Shown here: in pieces, positions 33,619-41,464 of the stretch
How the letters are laid out: the number at the start of each line of letters is the position of its first letter
Position numbering within the stretch: the stretch's first letter is position 1
IMG/VR virus record: IMGVR_UViG_3300045988_153314
Origin: a virus
Length of the DNA: 41,785 nt
Reading direction: 5' to 3' (one strand)
Translations under genes and position numbers: made by a program
The notes under the pieces: model-generated
Told to the model about the DNA's origin: nothing
What the model saw: the letters and a program-made list of their open reading frames with translations, nothing else
Database searches by the model: none

Positions 33619-34442
33619 CCCACGCGTCTCTTTTTTCCGGTATCGGCGGCTTCGATCTGGCCGCAGAATGGGCAGGTTGGACTAACGTGTTCAACTGCGA
33701 GATCGACCCGTTTTGCCGTAAGGTTCTAAAATACCATTTTCCGAAAGCAGCACAATATGAAGACATCCGAACAACTGACTTTACCGTTTGGCGAGACAGT
33801 ATCGACGTTCTCACCGGCGGATTCCCGTGCCAGCCGTTCAGCGTCGCCGGTAAGAGAAAAGGCACGGGAGATGACCGCTATCTCTGGCCGGAGATGCTTG
33901 GAGCTATTCGGGAGATTCGTCCCCGCTGGGTCGTGGGCGAAAACGTTCCCGGAATTGTTGATTGGTCGGAGGGACTGGTTTTCGAGCAGGTGTGTTCTGA
34001 CATGGAAAATGAGGGCTACGAAGTCCAACCGTTCGTACTTCCGGCTTGCGGCGTCGATGCTCCCCACTTACGCTACAGAACGTTTATTGTTGCCCACCGC
34101 GCAGACTCAGGGTCTGAAGATATGTGTCAAAGGGAAGACGGTCTTCATGCCGTTGGGGTTTATGCCGACACCGACAGCAAGAGATTATCAATCGCCGGGC
34201 AAACACGGAAAAGGCGGTCTGGATTTAAGGACGACCGTATTATCCGGAACTGGGAAAGGTTTCCGACTGAATCCCCGGTTTGTCGCCGAGATGATGGGTT
34301 TCCCGGTGGATTGGACGGCATTACCTTTCCTGCATGGTGCCGGGAATCCGTCAAAGCCTACGGCAACGCCATAGTGCCGCAGGTAGCACTGCGGATATTC
34401 GAGACGATTGCTGAGTATGAAGCCAAAGGAATAAAAAAATGA
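33615..34442 (+). CDS. DNA (cytosine-5)-methyltransferase
   Basis: Motif I FSGIGG, motif IV GGFPCQPFS, motif VI GENV, motif VIII-like PHLRYRTFIVA, motif X YGNAIVPQV. Confidence 0.85.
   Translation: MTHASLFSGIGGFDLAAEWAGWTNVFNCEIDPFCRKVLKYHFPKAAQYEDIRTTDFTVWRDSIDVLTGGFPCQPFSVAGKRKGTGDDRYLWPEMLGAIREIRPRWVVGENVPGIVDWSEGLVFEQVCSDMENEGYEVQPFVLPACGVDAPHLRYRTFIVAHRADSGSEDMCQREDGLHAVGVYADTDSKRLSIAGQTRKRRSGFKDDRIIRNWERFPTESPVCRRDDGFPGGLDGITFPAWCRESVKAYGNAIVPQVALRIFETIAEYEAKGIKK
33757..34374 (+). other. 205-codon ORF nested in the +1 frame of the C5-MTase gene
   Basis: ATG-initiated and open for 618 nt. The translation contains ..FMPTPTARDYQ.. and ..RLNPRFVAEMMGFPVDWT.., strings I associate with the TRD/motif IX region of phage C5-MTases. 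See findings. Confidence 0.3.
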
Positions 34443-34912
34443 CAACCGACAAGAAAATACTTGATGCCTGTTGTGGCAATAGAATGATGTGGTTTGATAA
34501 AGCAGATCCGGATACGATTTACATGGATATTCGAGACGCAGAATTTATAGCATGTGACGGTAGACGTGTTCGAATACATCCGGATCTGATCGCTGATTTT
34601 CGGGATATGCCTTTTGATGACTGCTGTTTCAAACTGGTGGTATTCGATCCTCCGCATTTTAACAGGTTGGGAGTCAATAGTTATACGGCACAAAAGTATG
34701 GCAGATTATTTCCGTCGTGGGAAACAGACCTAAAACAAGGCTTCGACGAATGTATGCGGGTTCTTGAACCGTTCGGGATATTAATCTTCAAATGGAACGA
34801 GTCTCAAATTCCGGTCAGCAGACTGCTGGAAATTTTCGGACAGGAACCCTTGTTTGGTCACAGGTCCGGTAAAGCCTCCAAAACACACTGGATGTGCTTT
34901 ATGAAAAAATAA
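34439..34912 (+). CDS. Small SAM-dependent DNA methyltransferase (N6-A or N4-C type, DPPH motif)
   Basis: Motif I-like ILDACCG followed by motif IV VVFDPPHF. ATGA overlap with the C5-MTase stop. Confidence 0.65.
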   Translation: MTTDKKILDACCGNRMMWFDKADPDTIYMDIRDAEFIACDGRRVRIHPDLIADFRDMPFDDCCFKLVVFDPPHFNRLGVNSYTAQKYGRLFPSWETDLKQGFDECMRVLEPFGILIFKWNESQIPVSRLLEIFGQEPLFGHRSGKASKTHWMCFMKK

Positions 34913-35001
34913 TGAAAAACAAAAAGCAATGGACAAGACATTATGTGACATTAAATTATCGAAGGAGAATTACAACGCTTACGAGAAATTAAGTCAATGA
35001 T

Positions 35002-35226
35002 ATGAAACTGATAACAGAATTAGGTATGAGCTACCTACAAACAGATGACTCCCTTCCCGAGTGGAGATACGGGGCCGGTAACGAATACCAAGAGGAAATC
35101 CGTCAACTGAAGGCAGAAATAGCCAAACTGAAAATCTGCCTCGACGAGTCGAAGCAGCGCGAGGAAATAGCCCGCAAGGTGATCGATGACAAGAATAGGG
35201 AAATTGAAAAATTGAGACGATTATGA
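35002..35226 (+). CDS. Hypothetical coiled-coil protein (74 aa)
   Basis: ORF with heptad-like ..EEIRQLKAEIAKLKICLDESKQREEIARK... Confidence 0.5.
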   Translation: MKLITELGMSYLQTDDSLPEWRYGAGNEYQEEIRQLKAEIAKLKICLDESKQREEIARKVIDDKNREIEKLRRL

Positions 35227-35858
35227 AAACATTACGTGAAGTAGCCGAGGCGCTGTGCCCGATTCGTTTGGATGAGGATTACGATAAAACCATCTACAAC
35301 ATGATAGATGAAGCTTGCCACAATGAATGGATAGACGGGTTCATTGCCGGCGCTCAATGGAGGGAGGATAATCCGGTTTCGGCCGGTTCTGTGTCCGATC
35401 CCGAGTCCGACTCTATCGAGCTTTGCGGCCTGCTGTGGGACACAGAGAACCTGGCAATCGGCGGTTATGAGAAGGACGGCCGCCGTTACCACACATGGGA
35501 GGAGGCAATGGATGCCGCGTGGTTCGTCGGGAAGCGCCTGCCGACCCGGGAGGAATGGGAGGCATTATGTGATCTCGGCTCGACTTGGGACGACGAGCGC
35601 AAGGGGCGTTGGTTCGGGGGCAACCACGACTCGGACCACAAGGGCTCGCTATTCCTGCCTGCTGCGGGCCTGAAACGCGGCAAGCTCGGCGAGTTGGCCG
35701 ACACGAGCTCCAGCGGCCACTATTGGACATCGTTGCCGGGCTACGGAAGCTACGGTCTCGCGGACAACCTCTACTTCAGCTCGGGCACCGTCTTCCCGCA
35801 GTGCAGCGACAATAGCACCCTCGGCTTCAGCGTGCGTTGCGTGCGGGACAAAGAATAA
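35223..35858 (+). CDS. FISUMP / lectin-like domain protein, paralog B (with about 64-aa N-terminal extension)
   Basis: The C-terminal 148 codons are colinear with paralog A. Same ..LPTREEW..LFLPAAG..YW..GFSVRCVRDKE framework. Confidence 0.7.
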   Translation: MKTLREVAEALCPIRLDEDYDKTIYNMIDEACHNEWIDGFIAGAQWREDNPVSAGSVSDPESDSIELCGLLWDTENLAIGGYEKDGRRYHTWEEAMDAAWFVGKRLPTREEWEALCDLGSTWDDERKGRWFGGNHDSDHKGSLFLPAAGLKRGKLGELADTSSSGHYWTSLPGYGSYGLADNLYFSSGTVFPQCSDNSTLGFSVRCVRDKE

Positions 35859-35868
35859 CAGATAGATT

Positions 35869-36750
35869 ATGAGAGTCATAGTTACTTTTTCCGGCGGTAA
35901 AGACAGCCTTGCTGCTCTGTTGTGGACCCGCGAACATATCACCAAGAATTTCACGACGGTATTCTGCGACACGGGTTGGGAACATCCGTTGACTTACGAA
36001 TACATCCATCGCATCGCCGACAAGCTGCATCTCGATCTGGTAACATTGAAGTCGAAGAAGTACGACGGGATGGTCGATCTTGCACGTCAGAAAAAGCGCT
36101 GGCCCTCTACACGGGCGCGGTTCTGCACGATAGAACTCAAAACCAAACCGACGATTGATTATGTGCTGGATGAGGTTCAGGACAATATGCTGATGATTCA
36201 GGGCATACGCGGAGCAGAATCCCCGGCACGAGCTAAGATGTCGAAACAATGCACATACTTCAAGTACTATTTTGAGCCTTACGGTTTCGACAAAAACGGC
36301 AAGCCGAAAAAGCATACCTATCGGGGCAAGGATGTCCGAGCGTTCCGGGCACAGTTCGCCGACGATCTTCTGCGTCCCGTGTTCGACTGGTCGGCCCAGC
36401 AGGTGATAGATTACATCCTCGCCGCAGGGTTGGAACCGAATCCCCTATACCGGATGGGTTACAGGCGCGTCGGCTGTTGGCCTTGCGTGATGTCGAATCA
36501 GATAGATATTCTGAACATATCGCGTCAGAATCCGGAGCGTATTGAGCAAATAGCCGCTTATGAGAAGGAAATCGGAGGCTCGGCGTTTTTCGGTCCGGAC
36601 AAGATACCCGCCCGCGCGATCCACAGTGGCGATAAATATCCGAATATCCATGATGTCGTGCGCTACGTCGAGTGGCAGAACGCGACGGGCTCCTTGTTCG
36701 ACGACGACACGGCCACGAGTTGCATGAGTTATTATGGGTTATGCGAATGA
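35869..36750 (+). CDS. PAPS-reductase-family PP-loop protein (DndC/IbrA-like)
   Basis: PP-loop FSGGKDS, ..FCDTGWEHPLTYEY.., ..IQGIRGAESPARA.., ..PNPLYRMGYRRVGCWPC... Confidence 0.75.
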   Translation: MRVIVTFSGGKDSLAALLWTREHITKNFTTVFCDTGWEHPLTYEYIHRIADKLHLDLVTLKSKKYDGMVDLARQKKRWPSTRARFCTIELKTKPTIDYVLDEVQDNMLMIQGIRGAESPARAKMSKQCTYFKYYFEPYGFDKNGKPKKHTYRGKDVRAFRAQFADDLLRPVFDWSAQQVIDYILAAGLEPNPLYRMGYRRVGCWPCVMSNQIDILNISRQNPERIEQIAAYEKEIGGSAFFGPDKIPARAIHSGDKYPNIHDVVRYVEWQNATGSLFDDDTATSCMSYYGLCE

Positions 36751-36770
36751 TAAATGACAGCTTCACTCTC

Positions 36771-36797
36771 CAGTTGTCAAATAATAATTGACAACTG
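36771..36797. promoter_or_regulatory. Perfect 10-bp inverted repeat (terminator or operator)
   Basis: CAGTTGTCAA-ATAATAA-TTGACAACTG in the 85-bp gap after the PAPS-reductase-like gene. No T-tract follows. Confidence 0.4.
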
Positions 36798-36835
36798 AAC
36801 CTTTAAAAAACATTAAACACTTTAAAGAATGAGCT

Positions 36836-37096
36836 ATGAAAACACTACTTGCAATTATGGTCTTTGTTGGCCTATTGTGTTATGCCGGCGGTCTCCGTAT
36901 AACTTTCCATCCGTTCCGCATTACAATGTCCGATTGGGCTAACACTATCGGGTGTTTTTTCCTGACCGTGGGAATAATTGTCCTCTTAGCTAATGCGCAC
37001 CACAAAGCCTATAAAAAGGGTTTGCAAAGAGGGGTAGATTTGACGATTGAACAGATGCAGGAGCTCGTAAATAAACAGCCGAAAGGCGAAAAATAG
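36836..37096 (+). CDS. Small membrane protein (two hydrophobic helices)
   Basis: MKTLLAIMVFVGLLCYAGG.. and ..IGCFFLTVGIIVLLANA... Confidence 0.5.
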   Translation: MKTLLAIMVFVGLLCYAGGLRITFHPFRITMSDWANTIGCFFLTVGIIVLLANAHHKAYKKGLQRGVDLTIEQMQELVNKQPKGEK

Positions 37097-37101
37097 GAGA
37101 A

Positions 37102-37332
37102 ATGAAAGGGAAAATAACTATTTCGGGGAAGGTTTACGAATGCGAGGTTCGCAATGGGGTAAGGTACGTCGATGGAAAGACTGTACCAGAATTTGCGAAG
37201 ACTTTATCGCCTTCCGAATTAATGGACCTCGCAATCGTCGGAGCAATGGCGGTTGACGCAGAAAAGGAAGGTCGATTTATCCCGGCGCAAGAGATACTCA
37301 AGGGGATTCAGAAATCTAAAACCGATAACTAA
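37102..37332 (+). CDS. Hypothetical protein (76 aa)
   Basis: ORF with no recognised motif. Confidence 0.45.
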   Translation: MKGKITISGKVYECEVRNGVRYVDGKTVPEFAKTLSPSELMDLAIVGAMAVDAEKEGRFIPAQEILKGIQKSKTDN

Positions 37333-37347
37333 CAAAAATTGTAAATC

Positions 37348-37731
37348 ATGCGAGAGATACTTTTCAGAGGGAAACGCTTATTCACTGGCGAGTGGGTATA
37401 TGGATCATATCTACCTGACACAGATACACTTAATGAAAACACTGCTTACATTTTAACCTACGAACTTAACGATCCCGACTATGTATATGAAAAAGTCGAT
37501 TTGCCCACCGTCGGCCAGTACACGGGTATGAAAGACAAGAACGGGAAGAAGGTATATGAGGCAGATATCCTTACCGACAAATTTGGAAGCATGGGGGTCG
37601 TCGAATGGGGAGACGGTGGTTTTGTCGTGAACTTCGGAGATACGGATATTTTCGATCTGTCTGACTGTTTTGGCGATTCGTATCAAATGTGGGTTGTAGG
37701 TAACATCCATGATAATGCGGACCTGATATAG
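37348..37731 (+). CDS. YopX-family protein
   Basis: MREILFRGKR....VGQYTGMKDKNGKKVYEADIL....VVGNIHDNADLI, the classic YopX pattern. Confidence 0.75.
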   Translation: MREILFRGKRLFTGEWVYGSYLPDTDTLNENTAYILTYELNDPDYVYEKVDLPTVGQYTGMKDKNGKKVYEADILTDKFGSMGVVEWGDGGFVVNFGDTDIFDLSDCFGDSYQMWVVGNIHDNADLI

Positions 37732-37902
37732 GCCAACACCCGCCTGATCGCTGCCGCACCGGAAATGCTGGCGGCATTACAGGAAATTGTTCGCCAACAT
37801 GGTTTGGACGCAGAGAACACTCTATTACCCCCTATTCCTAATAGATGGATGGATGCCATATCAAAAGCCGAGAAGGCAATCAATAAAGCATTGGGACGAT
37901 GA
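37732..37902 (+). CDS. 56-codon ORF in frame with YopX after its TAG (no own start before the conserved-looking N-terminus)
   Basis: ANTRLIAAAPEMLAALQEIVRQHGL.... The first ATG is at 37765, inside that motif. Its stop overlaps the next gene's ATG (ATGA). Confidence 0.4.
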   Translation, partial: ANTRLIAAAPEMLAALQEIVRQHGLDAENTLLPPIPNRWMDAISKAEKAINKALGR

Positions 37903-38189
37903 CGATTCTTGAAAGTGAGATACAGCGTATATCCGCAGCCGTCGAACAGACGACGGGTTTCGGATTGGAGGATATACGAGCTCGTAGCAGGAGACTACCG
38001 GTAGTTCGGGCGCGGATCATTCTGTGCCGTGAGATTCACAAACGCGGCGCGTCGGCCCGAGAGATCGGACAGGCAATTCACCGGGATCGTGGGAGTATTG
38101 GCTACCTGATTAATCGCTACCAAGCCGAATACGACACCTCCCCTATTTTCCGAGAGATGGCAATAAAAGTAAAGGATATTCTACAATGA
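37899..38189 (+). CDS. DnaA domain IV-like HTH protein
   Basis: ..RRLPVVRARIILCREIHKRGASAREIGQAIHRDRGSIGYLINRY.. resembles the DnaA C-terminal DNA-binding domain. Confidence 0.55.
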   Translation: MTILESEIQRISAAVEQTTGFGLEDIRARSRRLPVVRARIILCREIHKRGASAREIGQAIHRDRGSIGYLINRYQAEYDTSPIFREMAIKVKDILQ

Positions 38190-38539
38190 GGCACAGGGAA
38201 AGCGACTTGCAAATAGCGTGCGTTCGGTGGTTTACTATGCAATATCCACAGTATCGAGGACTGCTGTTCGCAGTTCCGAACGGCGGCTCGCGGAACCGTA
38301 TCGAGGCGGCGCGGATGAAAGCCGAAGGTACGGTTGCCGGGGTTAGCGATCTGATTCTACTGGTTCCGCGAGGTCATTTCGGGGCTCTCTGCATTGAATT
38401 AAAGACTGAGACGGGCAGATTGTCGCCGGCACAGAAAGAATGGCTGCAATGGGCCGAAATGAACGGAAACAAGTGTGTGGTAGTACGGCACATCGAGCAG
38501 TTTATCGAAGAGGTCAAGAATTATTTGGGTAGACAGTGA
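38186..38539 (+). CDS. VRR-NUC domain nuclease
   Basis: ..ESDLQIACVRW...GVSDLILLV....LCIELKTETGRLSPAQKEW.. (D...E-x-K of VRR-NUC). Confidence 0.7.
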   Translation: MRHRESDLQIACVRWFTMQYPQYRGLLFAVPNGGSRNRIEAARMKAEGTVAGVSDLILLVPRGHFGALCIELKTETGRLSPAQKEWLQWAEMNGNKCVVVRHIEQFIEEVKNYLGRQ

Positions 38540-39078
38540 CGTTGAATGACTATATATCGAAAAGATATGACCGGTGGCTTGATTACGCGACCTATCATTG
38601 CCATGCGTCCGGATTGTCAATCGAACCGGCCGAAGTGCTTAACGATGTTCTCTGCAGCCTTCTTTCGCGATCTCCGCTGCGTTTAGAAATGCTGATGCAG
38701 TGTGCCCGCGACGGGTACACCGAGCTCGACTTCTTTGTCCTTTCAATTATTAAGCGTAACATCATATCCCCTCGTTCATCCTTTCGGTACAAACGAGGCC
38801 AACATTGCACGTATTCGGTTGACTGGTCAGAGGAGCATCCGGAACCGAGAGTCGATATTGACGATCTCAATCTTGACAAATGTTATCAAATTGTCATTGA
38901 CACATTGGATGAACTTGAACTACCCAAGCGCGACCGCATCATCTTTGAGTGGAAATTCTTCGAGGGACGACCGTATTCTGAATGGCCCGGGCCGGAAAGC
39001 CAGAAATGTTTGTATAACAAGTTCGACAAAATTTTTTTTGCACTTTCTTCAAAAATCAGGGAAAAAATCGGGGAGTAA
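38536..39078 (+). CDS. Sigma-70-family-like late transcription regulator candidate
   Basis: GTG start overlapping the upstream stop (GTGA). Region-2-like ..FFVLSIIKRNIISPRSSFRYK.. and region-4-like ..DTLDELELPKRDRIIFEWKFFEGRPYSEW... Confidence 0.4.
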   Translation: MTLNDYISKRYDRWLDYATYHCHASGLSIEPAEVLNDVLCSLLSRSPLRLEMLMQCARDGYTELDFFVLSIIKRNIISPRSSFRYKRGQHCTYSVDWSEEHPEPRVDIDDLNLDKCYQIVIDTLDELELPKRDRIIFEWKFFEGRPYSEWPGPESQKCLYNKFDKIFFALSSKIREKIGE

Positions 39079-39082
39079 TTCT

Positions 39083-39676
39083 ATGTTACCACAAAAGAAC
39101 ATCATGGCCGAGATAAAAACAGACGGAAGAAACTATCGGATTCACGGAGAGAAAAACAAAGCTCTAATCAACAAGAGTTTGGCCGAATGTGGGGCCGGCC
39201 GGTCAATTTTGATTGACAAGGATGACGTAATCATTGCCGGTAACGGAGTATATGAACAGGCGCAAGCGCTCGGTCTGAAAGTCAGGGTAATTGAATCAGA
39301 CGGTTCGGAATTGATTGCGGTAAAACGTACCGATCTTGCTACCGACGATGAGCGTCGCAAGGTGTTGGCTTTCGCCGACAATCAAACCTCGGACACCTCA
39401 TTTTTTGATGTCAATTTGTTGCTGGACGATTTCAATACGGACGATCTCGCCGTATGGGAACTCGATACCGGTCTTTTTAGTGACAACACCATTGATGACC
39501 TCGAAACAAATGCTTTTGCAGGAACAATAAAAGAAAATTCAGATGTCTTTACCGTCTCGTTTTCCTTTCCAAAAGAGAGACAGGAGCAAGTAGAAGGGTA
39601 TATTAAAACCAACGGTAAAACAGGAATTGTAGATTTAATCCTCAATCTCGTATGCCAAAGTGTGGAAGCCAAATAA
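39083..39676 (+). CDS. ParB N-terminal-domain-like protein (degenerate GxxR)
   Basis: ..NYRIHGEKNKALINKSLAECGAGRSILIDKDDVIIAGNGVYEQAQALGLKVRVI....AFADNQ... AGNGV stands where AGHGR is usual. The part of the ORF-track ORF upstream of 39083 overlaps the sigma-like gene. Confidence 0.5.
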   Translation: MLPQKNIMAEIKTDGRNYRIHGEKNKALINKSLAECGAGRSILIDKDDVIIAGNGVYEQAQALGLKVRVIESDGSELIAVKRTDLATDDERRKVLAFADNQTSDTSFFDVNLLLDDFNTDDLAVWELDTGLFSDNTIDDLETNAFAGTIKENSDVFTVSFSFPKERQEQVEGYIKTNGKTGIVDLILNLVCQSVEAK

Positions 39677-40662
39677 CAATCTGCGACCTACCTATTCGGT
39701 TCGACACGTACCAAGGATGTACCCACATGTGCCAGTATTGTTTCGTGCAGATGAAGTACGACATTGCCAAGGTAGAAACCGGGGAGAGCTTACAAAGCCT
39801 TCAACGTTTCATCGGCGGACAGCGCTCCGGCAAAGTTAGCTGGTGTGATTGGGATATTCCGATTCATTGGGGCGGCGTTTCCGACCCTTTGCAACCCGCC
39901 GAGAAGATACACCGCCGCTCTTACGCGGCACTCAAGTTATTCGCCGAAACCGGCTACCCGTTCGTGATAAGCACGAAAGGAGCTTTGCTCGGAAAAGATG
40001 AATACCTTGATTTGCTGGGGCGTTGTAATTGCGTTGTGCAAGTGTCGCTCGTAAGCCCTCAGTTAGACAAGTTGGAAAAAGGTGCGCCGACGTTCGCCGA
40101 CCGCCTTCGGATCATTGAAAAGGTTGCCCCGCGCGTGAAACGTCTTATTGTTCGGGTTCAGCCTTACATGGTGGAAGTGTTCGGGGATATTCTCAAACAG
40201 ATTCCAACTTATCGTCAGATAGGCGTACACGGTCTCACGGTAGAGGGAATGAAGTATAAACGCAAGCGCCCGGGACTGGAAAAGATCGGCGGGGATTTTT
40301 GCTACCCGGTATCAGTTCTCAAACAGCATTTTGAAGTAATCCGGGACACTTGCCACAGTAACGGACTCAGGTTTTATGCCGCTGAAAACCGATTGCGTAA
40401 AATGGGCGATTCCCTTTGTTGCTGCGGTATTGACGGATTGGATGGATTCACTCCGAACACGTACAATCTGAATCACTATTTGCATGACCGGGAATCATTT
40501 GTTCCGACGCCGACCATGTCACAGCCCGGAAGTGCGGCATGCTTCACAGCCATTTGTCAGGATTCATGTAGTAGCAGTGCTCTGCGAAAACTCAGTTTGA
40601 AAGAAGCGATAGAAGCGGCTACGAGGGATCGGGGCATGATTTCACAATTATTGGAAAAATGA
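39652..40662 (+). CDS. Radical SAM protein (spore-photoproduct-lyase / COG1533-like)
   Basis: CxxxCxxC cluster CTHMCQYC near the N-terminus. About 336 aa. Additional C-terminal Cys cluster (SLCCCG). Confidence 0.65.
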   Translation: MPKCGSQITICDLPIRFDTYQGCTHMCQYCFVQMKYDIAKVETGESLQSLQRFIGGQRSGKVSWCDWDIPIHWGGVSDPLQPAEKIHRRSYAALKLFAETGYPFVISTKGALLGKDEYLDLLGRCNCVVQVSLVSPQLDKLEKGAPTFADRLRIIEKVAPRVKRLIVRVQPYMVEVFGDILKQIPTYRQIGVHGLTVEGMKYKRKRPGLEKIGGDFCYPVSVLKQHFEVIRDTCHSNGLRFYAAENRLRKMGDSLCCCGIDGLDGFTPNTYNLNHYLHDRESFVPTPTMSQPGSAACFTAICQDSCSSSALRKLSLKEAIEAATRDRGMISQLLEK

Positions 40663-40697
40663 TAATTTTAGCATCCTAACCAATTTTCTCGGATGCT

Positions 40698-40931
40698 ATG
40701 AAAACGACACTCTGTATGATCTACAAGGAAGTAATAGAAAAGCGCCTCGCCCGGAAACGGGAACAACTCGTTACGTTGGAGAACATCATCAACAGCGAAG
40801 GTGTGCCAACCCCTATTGAGAAGCGAAAATTTATAGAAACCAAGGCAGTCGTAACCGAATTGGAGAATGTGCTTGATATCGCAGACACGATGTTTGAGCA
40901 TGCCGACCCGAAAGACTGCATGAAAGAGTAA
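40698..40931 (+). CDS. Hypothetical protein (77 aa)
   Basis: ORF immediately upstream of terS. No motif recognised. Confidence 0.45.
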   Translation: MKTTLCMIYKEVIEKRLARKREQLVTLENIINSEGVPTPIEKRKFIETKAVVTELENVLDIADTMFEHADPKDCMKE

Positions 40932-40939
40932 ACCCACCC

Positions 40940-41464
40940 ATGGCGAAGTACGGCGATGAAATAGTGAAACGCATCTGTGAGTTGATCCGCGCGGACAGCT
41001 ACACGATCCCGGAGATTTGCCGTCAGGTAGGAATTTCCGAAGATACCTACCATACTTGGAAGAAGGAGAAGCCCGAGTTTTCCGAGGCCATTAAAAAGGC
41101 AGAGGACGATTTTTTGGATACGCTCCGCACTGAGGCTAAACGCTCCCTGATGAAGAAAGTGTGCGGATACGAGGCTCAGGAAACCCGTACCGTGTACGTC
41201 GATTCCGGAGAGGAAGAGAGGGACCCTGCCACCGGTAAGAAGCGGCAAAAGCCAAAAATAAAAGAGAAGATCGTCATAACGAAACATATTGCTCCGGACA
41301 CTGTTGCCGTGATTTTCACGTTGACGAACCGTGATCCGAAACAATGGAAAAACCGTCAATCGCAGGAAGTCACAGGGAAAGACGGCAAAGACCTGCTGGC
41401 TGGGGCGAAGCTCATTGCCGGGATGGGTAAGGACGAGATTGCCGAGCTTCTGAGTGATGAGTGA
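40940..41464 (+). CDS. terS: Terminase small subunit
   Basis: N-terminal HTH (..SYTIPEICRQVGISEDTYHTWKKEKPEFSEAIKKAE..). Its stop overlaps the terL start (ATGAGTGA). Confidence 0.75.
   Translation: MAKYGDEIVKRICELIRADSYTIPEICRQVGISEDTYHTWKKEKPEFSEAIKKAEDDFLDTLRTEAKRSLMKKVCGYEAQETRTVYVDSGEEERDPATGKKRQKPKIKEKIVITKHIAPDTVAVIFTLTNRDPKQWKNRQSQEVTGKDGKDLLAGAKLIAGMGKDEIAELLSDE

Noticed and set aside
37729-37731. Genome-wide TAG reassignment (alternative genetic code)
   Set aside because: TAG terminates several well-supported genes exactly where domains end and the next gene begins (for example 27074-27076 and 33419-33421). I saw no other in-frame TAG inside conserved domains.
38702-39082. N-terminal 127 codons of the 324-aa ORF-track ORF 38702-39676
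   Set aside because: This part overlaps the sigma-like gene in a different frame and looks non-coding (S/L/T-rich). The ParB-like protein most plausibly starts at ATG 39083, right after the upstream stop.
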